In this document: positions 12,722 through 24,776 of the stretch, piece by piece | How the letters are laid out: the number at the start of each line of letters is the position of its first letter | Numbering within the stretch: position 1 is the first letter of the stretch | Assembly: GCA_016748015.1 (NCBI GenBank) | Contig: JAAOMT010000602.1 | Location: forward strand, 199,696 to 263,695 | Reading direction: 5' to 3' | DNA from: Geosiphon pyriformis uo1 | Taxonomy: Eukaryota > Fungi > Glomeromycota | DNA length: 64,000 nucleotides | Program-made: the position numbers and the translations under genes | The notes under the pieces: model-generated | Told to the model about the DNA's origin: nothing | Seen by the model: only the letters and a program-made list of their open reading frames with translations | The model's database searches: none

Positions 12722-13020
12722 AAACAAGAACAAGATTTCGAACGACAAAACAACTCCTCACTCAATTTTCAACCTCGGCGATATCAGGTCATGTATCAAT
12801 TTCAAACGATCGGGACTTAAGACTCTTGGAACGAACAAGCTGCGAGATGGTTCAATATATCTTTTTCTCCATTCTGTAAAGCTCGTGGTTCTCTTGGACG
12901 ATGCGACCTCTGATGAGCATGAACTCTCACAAAACATTCTTGCCATCAGTCTTTATCTGCCGCATGCAGGGAAGGAGAGCTGCATGCCATCGACGAGAGC
13001 CCCAGAAGAGATGAAAAGCG
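12722..13020 (+). pseudogene. tnpA: IS607-family serine recombinase/transposase (TnpA) relic, frameshifted and 5'-truncated
   Basis: Collinear peptides in shifting frames: KQEQDFERQ, DIRSCINFKRSGLKTL, LERTS, FLHSVKLVVLLDDATSDEHELSQNILAI, VFICRMQGRRAA. These match IS607 TnpA motifs Q..DL.RQ, D.GSG.NFKR.GL..LL and EL..DLL.I...F..R..G.R. Confidence 0.8.
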
Positions 13021-13039
13021 ACAGTAGCTCATCGCAAAC

Positions 13040-13995
13040 TCGTAAGATGGAAGATACTTTCAATCGTACACCATCCTCAAAAGCAGCTCTTGAAGCGGTG
13101 GATGAGATTGACGAGGTTTAGTTATAAAACTATTGTCAACATCGTTGCTTTTATACCAAAAATTCTTATATCGGTCAATCACAACAGGCTTAGATAAAGT
13201 TAAGCTTCAAAGGTGCTGGAACAGGAAAAGATGCTAATGAACACGAAGACAAGATGTTGCAAAATGCTGCAATATGGGCAAGCGCAAGCTCATATGAATT
13301 ATTATATCTATTGGAATGTTGCTTCCGGGTATGCACGACGAAGCGCTTGCGAATATTTTCCTTGAGAAAATCGATGAAGCATTATTGCTAGGGAAGAAGT
13401 GATAAGGCGTAATGTAAATCAGCAAAAGTTAAACACGAATCCACAAGTTCTATAAGCACACTCTATCATTTTGATCTCGAAAGATCTGCGAAAAACAATG
13501 ACGATTCGTGCACAGAATTCAAATGAAACCATTTCTGTATCACTCATCTCCATAATCTATCGATGCTTACTACACATCGTTATAAACCTACCATCATGAC
13601 AAACGTGTTTTGTGGCCTCCTCATTTTGAAAAAAAAAAAAAAAAAAAAAAAAGGGGCATAATCATAGGTAGTCCCTTCCTCAAGCTAATGTCGGATGGCG
13701 AGCTCACCCACTATCACAAACCTAACGAGTGGAAGTTTGCCTGGGTATACGAGACGCAAAAACAGCTTGGCGAAACCAAGCGGATGGCACTCTCCATTGA
13801 TCCCGGGGTCTGTACACTTTTTACATGGTACTCTCCCGCGAAAGGTGTAGGTAATATTGACGAACATTCTATTGGATGTATAGTTCACATTTGCAAATAC
13901 TTGGACGATCTTATCTCCCAAAATGGTAAATTATAGTATCCTCCTCAAAGCATAAGAATAAAATGGCCCGGCGACTCGATAAGGCGATTTTCGGA
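13040..13995 (+). pseudogene. tnpB: IS607-type TnpB / Fanzor2 relic (N-terminal region through RuvC-I and the following helix; 3' part lost)
   Basis: PQKQLLKRWMRLTRFSY (~13075); IDEAL/AREEV; YKHTLSF*SRK/DLRKTMTIRAQN (FRSRKD motif); WKFAWVYE; ALSIDPGVCTLFTWYSP (RuvC-I Asp at 13799-13801); IGCIVHICKYLDDLISQ; SSSKHKNKMARRLDKAI. Multiple frameshifts and a poly-A run at 13628-13652. Confidence 0.8.
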
Positions 13996-14896
13996 TGGAG
14001 CCTTGGTCCTAAAGGAAATGATAGGCATTACACAGCAATCCTTAGTATTTATTATTGATATGTGATAATCCATCCGATATGGTCAACAATAAACGTAAGT
14101 TGATAATAAACCTTTTTTGGTATTTTCATTGATATCTTGAACTTACCTTTTAAGAAATAGACATTTAATTCCAACTTTATGGAAAGGAGGAATAAATTCT
14201 GTTTTAGAATATAAGAGTGTTTGATTTCTATTTTTATGTATGAATTATACTTAAGAAATTATTGGATATTTCGTTCCTTCACCTTATACTACATGAAAAA
14301 GAATCCTATAAAAATTTATTGTTTTCGATTTTCTAACTTTTGTTTTTGTATTGCTCGAAAATATCACACCGGAAACGATTCTCAATTGAAATACTGAGCT
14401 TTATATCTATTCAACCTGAATCCATCCTACCCAAATCAAAAATTCGTTAAAACACAAGAAGTCAAGACTATGCATATTTCAGGCTTGTCTAGTTTGAAAG
14501 TAAATGGTTAAAAGTAACAAACCAAATTTTTGATTATGCAAGCATTAAGTCGGATAAACAAACCCAAAAGTGGAGCTTTAAGAAAACACTTTAATGTCTG
14601 TAATTAGAAAGTCACTTCACGTTTTAAAATCCCAGCTACCATCACAGAAGTGATTTTTGGAAGCTGATATCAGACCAATGTCCTGCAGATGAGCACCTGA
14701 TATCGCAAAACCTCACATGTCCACCTCACAAAAAACGCGCTATTCTTTCCCTGCAGCTTTGCTGTTTGTCCGAGATCAATTTGAGGAAGTTGAATTTTTT
14801 TTAAAATATGATATCATTTGAGATTAGACAAAGATGGCTTCGATTTTTTATAAATGGTCACCAGGATTCGTTTGACTTATACGTTTAATTACACCG

Positions 14897-15541
14897 ATGA
14901 GAGAATCTCTTTACCTAGCTGACCCATCATTGAGGATTATGTTTGACACGAAATTTTCACAACTACTCATGCCGTCTTTTAATAGTGAGAATATGTGTGA
15001 ACATTTGCTAAAAAGTCTTTTACCTGACGAGCAACTTGATCTCGAAAATGAGATGAATTCATACATGGACCATTCATCAGCTTTTGATTCTGATGGCATT
15101 GCACAGCTAAAGAGCCACCATAATGATCTTCCCATAATTTCATCATTATTGCAACAGAAAATATCCAATCATATCATACCAAATGAAGGTCGCTTTCTCC
15201 GGACTAAGTTTTTCTCAAATTCTGCCCCCTCTAATGTTTCTCAGGTAAAATACCGGGAACCCCAAACACCTAAACAGTTAAATAAAGATGCAGTAATTAA
15301 TAGATCATTAAAAGCCTCATCAGGGTTTTTCACAAAGGAAACTCGATTTTGGCGATTCAAAATTGACTATGAAGTGCGGAAAACTTTTATCAGCTATGGC
15401 AATATTTTACCTGATGGGCATGTAGCTGAACGAGCCGAGCAGATTAGATGCCATCGAACTGGAACAGCGGCTAAACGATTTGTGGAAAAGTTCATTAATG
15501 AAAAGCTAAAGGCCGAATATATTGGAACTGTTGAATGGTGA
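14897..15541 (+). CDS. stand-alone WGR-like domain protein, copy 3
   Basis: Intronless 214-aa ORF. C-terminus RFWRFKIDY..TFISYGNILPDGHVAERAEQ...FINEKLKAEY aligns with copies 1 and 2. Confidence 0.75.
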   Translation: MRESLYLADPSLRIMFDTKFSQLLMPSFNSENMCEHLLKSLLPDEQLDLENEMNSYMDHSSAFDSDGIAQLKSHHNDLPIISSLLQQKISNHIIPNEGRFLRTKFFSNSAPSNVSQVKYREPQTPKQLNKDAVINRSLKASSGFFTKETRFWRFKIDYEVRKTFISYGNILPDGHVAERAEQIRCHRTGTAAKRFVEKFINEKLKAEYIGTVEW

Positions 15542-16379
15542 GCTGCTACTAATTTTGGCGTCAAGGATCAGTTCAAAGAAATTAGTTTAAATAGTTATAT
15601 TGTTATAATCTTACTTTTTAGTTATTAAATAGGTTTTTACAAAGTTAATTTAGAAATTTAGAAGTCTCAAGTTTCCTATATTAAGAAATCTTCCTGGTGA
15701 AGGTGTTAAAATTACAATAAATAATAGTGCTGAATTCGGAGCAATATTCTGGGTTACCCTTTCCCAAAGGTACAGATTGCGAATCCCAATACCTTTCAAT
15801 CAAGAGTTTCATGGATGCTAACAATTCTAACTTCAAATCAATTCTTTTGAGCCAACCTCACATAACAAATTTGGATTAAGTGAGAAGTTGACTATTAAGG
15901 AAAATTTATGCGTGAATCAAGCTAAATTTTGCTCATTGCTTAAACTTTGAAAGCCAAAATCCTTGACCAAATCATTTTCCAAAGCTGGTCTGCTTTAATA
16001 CTATTCACTCGATTGATCTTATCTTTAGAGTGTGACCAAAAACAAAATTAGTAAAAAGTGAAGAACATAATCTCCAAAAGTTTCTCTTTTATTTTTTTGT
16101 TTGATCCGAAATGCAAAATTCTAACTTCTTTGATCAGATGCATTCGCCTTTAAGAAACATTGGGTTTACATATCACAAAAGTTTATCATGAGTTTTGTTT
16201 ATATATGTAACAAAACCAGATAAAGTTGGTTTCTAAACAAAGAATTCAATGAAAATTTTTATTCAATTCCTAATGATATTCCTTATCGTATAGAAATTAG
16301 TGATAAACATTGGTTCTGTCGTCGCAGAATCCGTTTTCTTCGCTTGCTTGCTTAGACACACAAGGTTCCAGATTCTGTC

Positions 16380-17970
16380 TTATAAAACCCAAAATTATCG
16401 CAGACTGCTCCCAGTGCGTTTAGAGAGACATGTTTCATATACTCACAACTCCATTTTGATATCGAGATAGCGGTCGATCCTTTGTGGTTGGAAAAGATGG
16501 AATTCCTTCAACGATATTTTTGTGTAACTCAATAAATGGTAGAGGCCGAGATACATCATCCAAAACTCTACCAATTCATTGGTTAATTGTAATCGAGTAT
16601 GCTCTTCTAATATTCCAGCTAGGTACAGGAATTTCATATTCCTCGCTGTCGATAAATTGTAGCTTCATCAGCGGTTGTAATTGTGTCGTTATTACGAACT
16701 GGTATGCTCAATATGGCTTTTTCAAGGGCTGTTGTCAACGTTGAATAAACCATTAACAGGTGCTTGTCCTTGGTTTTGTGTTATTATGTATTTTATAGGG
16801 GTTGTCATTTTCCTCTTTCAGCTCACTTGAGAAAGCTTCGTAATGTACTGACGTGGACTGTCAATGTCACCAATGCAGGATCAAAAGTAGGATTGTGGAT
16901 GGCACATCTCTTAACATGATTGATGGTTCTGCTAATTCTGAGCACATCCTCCTCAAGGACGGATAATGGAGAGAGCACTTCGTGTATAGCGCCAATCATG
17001 TTTTTAAAATTTCTTAATGTGCCAATGACACAAATGAACTGCCCGAGGTCAAATCCTTCGAGAAGGTTTTTTTCCTTTAGATAATCCATATAGATAACGT
17101 CCAGAGCAGTGTTCAGTTTCATGTCAACCCGCAATTGGAACAGAGAATGGAATCGTTCCAGTTAACATCAGTTTAGCCCTATAAGAAATATTATACATTA
17201 AATGAAATAAGATCATTGATAAATGATGGATTAATAAACACATAACCAGATGGCCTATGGTAGTAGAGCAAGAAGATACGAATTTCATTATAACGTTTAC
17301 AATCAAATAATGTTATCAAAGATATGAGAATGTTAATGGAAACAAAAGAAAGGGATTCTTGTCAAGTTATATTAAGTAAAAATGGATCTGGAATTCGAAA
17401 GTGTAGATGCTAAATTATATGGAGGACAGTCGGCCAGTTATGGTGAAATCCTGAGAATACCCTTGCTCTTCGCCTTTGAGTTTCATAATCAAGGCTGCGG
17501 TATTTGATGTAGGCTTTTCTTTGGTATGAAAAAGAAAGACTGAACCAGCGACCCAGTTATCCTTGATTATTTTAATGTGAGATATAACTCCTTTGTCTTG
17601 GGAGTCCAGAAACCCAAAGACTTCCTCCAGACTTCACCGACGGAAGTGGGTTCAACTCTGAAGGAAGTAGGGCGGGAGTTTGCGTGATGAATCCACGGAA
17701 CTATAAGCAGCAGCCTCCCTGTTTCCCCTTGCTTTCACTTTTTGCGCTGACCTCTGCTCATCATCCACGCCCAAGATTGTTGCTTCCGGGGCTCTTTGAA
17801 TCATCATGGGGTCTAATTGCTCACCAGTGTTGTTGGCTTTGGCGATATTTTGCGATGGGAGGTTTAGAATATCAAGCATAGACATTATTTTAGCTCCTTC
17901 AGCAGACGGGTTAATATCAATTTTATGATGTTTTCAAAGATGTTCTCTTAAGACTTCGTGTTTAGCCATA
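16380..17970 (-). pseudogene. probable decayed coding sequence of unknown family
   Basis: Higher GC than flanks and several collinear minus-strand ORF pieces. The frame MAKHEVLREHL*KHHKIDINPSAEGAKIMSMLDIL is broken by a single TGA (likely CGA>TGA). Family not recognised. Confidence 0.35.
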
Positions 17971-18451
17971 AGAGGTCCCCGGCTTGCCTCCAGTGAAATA
18001 AATTGATCGTCTTCCGTAACAAGAACTTTTTCCCCTGATCTAAACTGACGTTAATAGCTATTTATTAGATTTTGGAATCTGACGTCATGTTAAAAGCCTA
18101 TGGCTAATGCTGTGTATTGACCATTTTCCAACTTTGACTAATGCAAAAGCCAGAATGTTAATTATTACTGTTACATGTCACCAAAAAGGAAATTTTGCTT
18201 TCCGAGTTCCGCAAGTTATATGTAGTGCATGTCATGATGCAGTGAAAGCTTCATCATGGGAAAATTTATGTTTGTTTAACTTATACTAGCCAATTAGATA
18301 TCACCTTTTCACGCACTATTCTCCATAATTTACTGGGAGTCTTGTTCCGAAAAGTTGGAACCATTTACGATTATTTTTCTCGGTTAAAAATAATTTTTTC
18401 TCTCCGCTTTCGAAGACAACCCTCGTGCGAGAGTGAAGGTTATCCCACACT

Positions 18452-20214
18452 ATGAACCCTCTCTACAACAGTAACAGTCCGTTCGCCTCGACTTCGAGTG
18501 AGACGAGTGCTGTTCCTGCCCCTGCTTTCACTATTGACGACTTTAATACTTGGGACTTCTCTTCAATAGAAGATAATATAGAAGCTCAAAAGCTACTGGC
18601 TGCAGCAATTGCTCATAACGATCAGTATAGATTCGAAGACGACTCCAAGAGAAAGTTGGAATTATTGGAAGATATAATTACACAAGTTCCAGTTAAAGCA
18701 AATCGTCAGTATTTGAACCAAAAAATTTCTTGATATTTTCGCCTTCTCATGTACAAACATTAACACTCTGATGATTTTTAATTTCAAATTTACTCCTCTA
18801 ATTTTGAATTATCTTAAATTCTATTCTTTTCAGATAACTTAAACATCACGTCTATTCCTCACACAGACCTATCAACTCAAGGTACCAAAATTTATGGCAT
18901 ATTGATATAATAAATTTGAAAAAATATATAGATTTTTAATTCGCTACTCCAATTAATAATTTTTTAGACGTTTTACAGTCACAAATGTCTCCTAATTCTG
19001 AAAATCAGTCATCTGAAAGTCAAAAGAAGAAACCAGGCAGGAAACCACTCACCAATACTCCTAGCTCCGTAAGTCAATTTTGAAACAAAACATAATATTG
19101 ATTTTTGGCTTCACAAGATTAAACTTGATAAGAACTCAATTGATATTGGTCTCCCTAGAAACGCAAAGCACAGAATCGTGCTGCACAACGAGCTTTTCGC
19201 GAGCGCAAGGAGCGCTATGTCAAAGAACTTGAGATTAGAATCAAAGAGTTAGAATCGCAATCAGCCAAAACTACCAATGAGAATTCTCAATTGAAATCAC
19301 TTGTAGAACAATTGCAGACAGAAAACTATATACTGAAACAGACAACGTTTACGTTTGATTTCCCTTTGGACAAAGCAAATGAAAGCTCGGTGGCACTTGA
19401 CAAAAGCATTAACGAACTTATTGCGCCAATTAATGGCAACCCACTTGCGACGGATCCATTCACACCTCCATCCTCACATGATAGTGATGATGATTCTATC
19501 TCTACACAAAACAACTCCCCTCAAATTTCTGAAACTCTAAATTTGAATATGACTACAGATCCCAATTTTAATAACCCTTCCAAACCTTCTGTGGCGCCCC
19601 TTATGTTTACCTTGCCTGCATCAGATTCAAGTAAAGATTCAAACAGCTTTAAGCTCTCGGGTTTTGGATCATCGCAAAAACCGCAAAATGCTCAAGAGTT
19701 TTGCAAAAAATTCACTAATGGCATGTGTCCAGATGAAGATGACGATGATGAGGAGCTTGAAAGCAATGATGAGAACTCCCAATTCTCTGGAACTAATTCT
19801 GACAAGAAACAAACGGCGTTCTTTCAATATCGTGACCCGACGCCCTTCACCGCATCTATTGATAACCTCTCAGGATCAGCACACATTCCCCCGCTTTTTG
19901 AGGACAGTTTTGAAAATTTTGGTAGTTATGCACCGATGCAGACCCCAAGTAATGAGATCAAGAACCCGCTTGACTCCAATCGGAATCATAATACGAGTTT
20001 CACTACAATTGAAGACATCCGTGATAAAAAGTATTTATCATGCCAAAAAGTATGGGAACGAATCAACGAGCATCCAAACTTTGACGAATTTCAGGGTGAT
20101 GTCATCGACAATCTCTGCAATGAATTAAAGACCAAGGCTAAATGCTCTGGAAATGGTCCTGTGGTCCCTGAAGAAGAAGTCGACAAATTGTTGATTAAGT
20201 TAGAAGGGAAATAA
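18452..20214 (+). CDS. yap1: AP-1-like bZIP transcription factor, Yap1/Pap1 family (oxidative stress regulator); 4 exons
   Basis: Spliced basic region KKKPGRKPLTNTPSS|KRKAQNRAAQRAFRERKERYVKELEIRIKELE plus leucine zipper. n-CRD-like EFCKKFTNGMCPD. C-terminal PAP1/c-CRD CQKVWERINEHPNF...IDNLCNELKTKAKCSGNGPVV. Confidence 0.9.
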
Positions 20215-23200
20215 CATTGTATTTAAAAACATCGACTGTTCACACTGGTAGACCCTTGGCTTCCCAATATCACAATGTAGATAATCTTTTCCCCTTAAAA
20301 TAACGAAATATAATTCGAAGATACAGAATTATCAATTCGGTAGTCATACCATTATATCAGAACCTGGAGCATCTTTATCATTATTTTCCTTACATCTTGA
20401 TAGCTTTCCTTTTTTTGTTAATCCACAGCTCAAAATATTGTTTATAATTCAAAATTGATTAGACCTTCACTGTGTCAGCCTAGAAAATTAGCAGATGAAT
20501 TTTTTGAAAACTAGTCAATGTCAGAATTGCTGTAAATTTGGTTATTAATACGGTTGACACGGTGAAAACCCCTCAGATATTTCACAATGGTAAATAGAAT
20601 CATCCCAGTCATGAAAAACGTGAGCGAACAAAATGCGTGCAGTTTTTGATGACTCATTCTAAATTCTATGTCTTAAGCCACCATCTAGGTCAATAGGAAG
20701 CTAGGTATCGGGCATGATTACGCAAATGTAACTTTACTCGTGACAAACTGCAGCGCCTTAAATTATCTACGAAAATTTCGGTTTTTTTAATAGCTTTTGA
20801 AAAACCTTTCGCAACTTGTGTCTATAATAAAGAAATGTTGAATTATATTCGACTAGAACTAACTTATTTATAGCATATAAGATTAATTTACAACTTAATA
20901 AACAAAATAATAAATAAAACACTATTGTAAAATAATAAAATAGATTTGAATTTTGTGATTTTTATTAATTACTTTATAAGTGTGAAATATATCAAAATCG
21001 TTGTATTTTTTGATATATCAAATACTTAAATATTTAAAATTACATAAAATATACATTTATTTTTGGGTTTAATGAAACATATTAAATAATAATAAGTTTC
21101 TATTTTAAAAAAATTTTGTATAAAAAGTAAGATCTAAATTATTTATAATTTGTTAAAGAAGTTGCTATTTATTTAATTGGATTTTGTTCAAATTTATTGA
21201 ATATTTTTTATTATTTTAATTACAGCTGGATATTTATTTTAAAATATAATTGAAACTAATAAAATATTTAATCTCCACTTTTTAAATTGCTTCAGAATTT
21301 CAAAATTCATGTTTTGAAATTTATTTTCTAATAGTATACTTTTCAGTTAATATTTTTAATCTATTAGTTTTATTAATTACCTAATTAATTACATATATTA
21401 GTTGCAAATGTTATACATATTAGTTATCTTATTTTTAAAATTAATTATTAATGTAATTATTTTTAACTTAATTATTGACTTGGTTATTAATTTAATCATT
21501 GACTGAATTATTAATTTAATTATTAATTGTTTTTTTAAAAAATATATAAACAAGATTTTCCAAAATTGTAAAAAAATTATTAATTGTTTTTAATTCTTTA
21601 TCTAATAGAACAAAATAAATTTTTTACAATAATTCAATTTTTTTTGATTGTATATTGTTGGCTTTTTAAAGAGTATTTTAAATAATTATTTATTAAAAAT
21701 TACAAATAATATTTGTTAATAAAAACTTTTTTTTATATTTTTTACAATTTTTCAAGACACAAACTCTTGTTGTAGATTTAATAATTGTCTTTAACAATAA
21801 TATAACTAACAAAAAAAATTGTTTTATTAATGATATTTTTTTCAAAAGCATAAATAATATTAAATACTTAAGTAATAAAAAAAATATATCTTTAAGCAAA
21901 TTTTTAATTAGTGCTAATAATTTTTAAACATAAATACTTAATCAAATAGTAAATAAACAATATTTTGTTGGTTAGTAGTAATTACAAAATAGATAATAAG
22001 AATAAAACTTATCTTAATTTTAAAACAAATATTTTTAAAGCAAATAAATCTTTAATTAGTATTATTAATTATAAGATAAAAAATAAAATATTGTTTTTTT
22101 TTTATTATATTATTATCTTAAATAAAATATAAATTAATTTTAAAATTATTAAAAAAATATTTATCAAAAAATTATATATATATTTTTTATTTAACAAATA
22201 AGATTTATATTATATTTTTTTTTCATACAGTGAACTCTCTCTATAGTCCCTCTGGTTATAGTCACTATTTTCTTATAATCACATTTTTTTAAAAACCAAA
22301 ACCATTTATATATAATATTATCTCTTTATAGTCATTTTTACTATATATATCTCCTTATAGTTCCTATTCTCACAAATATGATAGCAGAATATAAGTAATT
22401 TCCACTCTCTATAGTCATACTATAATCATATGATATTAGATATAAACATCAGATGTCATTTCATATTTAATTGGATATGTACAGTTAGGGAAATTTCCCA
22501 ATTGTCAATGGAAATCATTCTTTTTATGGTAATAAAAAAATTAGAGAAGTTTCTGGAAATGATTGTAGAACACTAAACAAAATTTCTCAAATATTAAAAC
22601 ATTTAATTACTCTTCTTTATAAGTTGCCACCACCATCAAAAAACAATGACGGAACTATTATATCTGGCTTGTTGTTTGCAGGTATTATGAGAGTTTTAAT
22701 AATAGTTGACATATGATACAGTACTATTGCTTTTGGTGCTTTAGAGACTGGTAGTGCTTTAGAGGCTGGTAGTGCTTTGAAAGCTATTGCTGTGAGTATC
22801 GATTAAGTTACTCTGGATCAAACTTTGACTAACAAAATTACTTTTTTTCTGTATTGGGAAAAGGAATTAACAGACCTACAAGCAAAAATAATGGCTCAAT
22901 AGGATTTTCTGGGAACAAGTTTGTTAATGGGATATTGTTCGAGCAAATCAACTGAGAATGGAGTTCGAATTTACTTTTCTTTAGGAAAAGAAATGTGACC
23001 AGTAATAAAACTCAGAGCATGAAAATCCCAATATATACCCAATAAATACATTTTCACACCAACTTTGACATCTGTGATTAAAAAAGGGCTTCATACTAGC
23101 AATCATATTCATCATTCAACTAATATTTAGTATTAATGAGTGAAAGTTTGACTGATAATTTTAAAGATGTATTAAAAATCAACTTTTTTGGGGCAAATAA

Positions 23201-23559
23201 ATCCATGTTGAATGCTTTTCATAATCCAAACATAATCACACAGAATGAAGATTTGGACCTAGACTCAACATATTATGTTTTAAAAATGCCAATTATAAAT
23301 AGTAATGCACCCAACCCAAGGTAAACAAAACTGTATACAATACAATATATTTCTAACTTCTTGAAGGATATTTATTAGGCTATTACATGATTAACTTGAT
23401 AAGCTTCGAAAACATGATCACTTAAAAGAGGTATTAGAGAGTTAATAATAGGTAATAGTTGTGATTTTATTAACAGATTTACATTTTTTGATGATTTGTT
23501 TCTTCACTTATTACTGGAATTGGTTTCTAAGTATCTAACAATGTTTTCTTAATTTGTCT

Positions 23560-24273
23560 TGCTTTAAGAAAGTCTATTCTTTTTATCCATGTAATTTCAC
23601 TGAATTTTTTTATTTCTTTGCTTAATATCTATTCATGGCCAATATCATGAAAAACATAATTAAAGACATTTGGATTTACAAACTGTGTCTTTCTTATCTG
23701 AATTTAAAATCGATTTGATTCAGCAATAAAGCTAGAACATGTATGAGATCTGTATATTTTACTTTTAGAATATCTGATGACATTAAAAAAGTTAGTATGC
23801 AATCTTTCAAATTTGATACAGTTATGTGCTGTAATTTTCCAATGCCATTGTGAAGGTGTAGAAGGAATCAACAATTTAAGTATTTTGTTAATTTCTTCAA
23901 GTATTGTATCATGGCCTTGATGTTGATTTGAAAATTTAGATCAAGAAATTACAATTTTTTCTTGAATTAGCTTGCAAACTTCAGACTTCAATTGTAGCCA
24001 TTGTTTTTTATCAGCAATTTCAATTAATTGGTAAATAAAATGGGGCCAAGCAGACCAAATTGGTGCAAACATTCGTCTAGTCATGAGTCTTAATGAAGAC
24101 CTATTGAAATAAACTCCAGTGCAAAAGTTAATAATTGCTTGTAAATAAAAAAAGACTTGTTCATACTTTAACCTGAACATAAAATCTGTTTCATTTTGGG
24201 TCTATTCTAAGTAACCTTCAACAGATGGATTTTCCTTAGAAACAATATATGGCCATATTAATTCAGAAGCCAT
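23560..24273 (-). pseudogene. fragment of a Glomeromycota TE-associated repetitive ORF (DUF6589-like) inside the pogo element
   Basis: MASELIWPYIVSKENPSVEGYLE*...KYEQVFFYLQAIINFCTGV...RRMFAPIWSAW...IS*SKFSNQHQGHDTILEEINKILK...WKITAHNC. The D..LEE.N..LK pattern recalls DUF6589-type proteins (from memory, not searched). Confidence 0.55.
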
Positions 24274-24776
24274 TACATGCCTATATATATTACATATCGA
24301 ATCTTATAACTTATAATGATCAGGACATTTTTTAAAAAACTGCAGTTGACTTTTACTTCAATATTTCTGACATTGTGCAAAGTATTTTATATTGATATTC
24401 TAATTGATATAGACATTGCTGTGTTTGGAGAACTTGACAACATAACATTGTGCTATCTTCTATGCAATTATGCAAGTATGTAAAGGATCAAATTGACAGC
24501 CTTCATTATTGATCATCAAGCAAAAAGTGTCACAGATGTATTATCGAAATTAGATTTCTTTTTACCAAGAATTTGTTATTTGCACTTAGAATCCTATAGT
24601 TGGATTAAAACCTTCATTTTTATAATTTGGCCACTTTTTATAATCTGAGACACCTCATATGACATGAGACATCTCATATGTCCGATTAGATATAAGGCAA
24701 AATGATATTTGAGACATAACAGATATATCAACACATTATAAAAGCAAAATGCAATAAAAAGTGTGTTCTTATTAAC

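Noticed and set aside
13610-13936. ORF as an intact functional Fanzor/TnpB nuclease
   Set aside because: Non-ATG start, poly-A-derived Lys run, frameshifts on both sides, and no RuvC-II/III or zinc finger.
19326-20128. alternative-frame and antisense ORFs overlapping yap1 (likewise within SulP, GH5 and CDF)
   Set aside because: Shadow ORFs of well-supported genes with no independent motifs.
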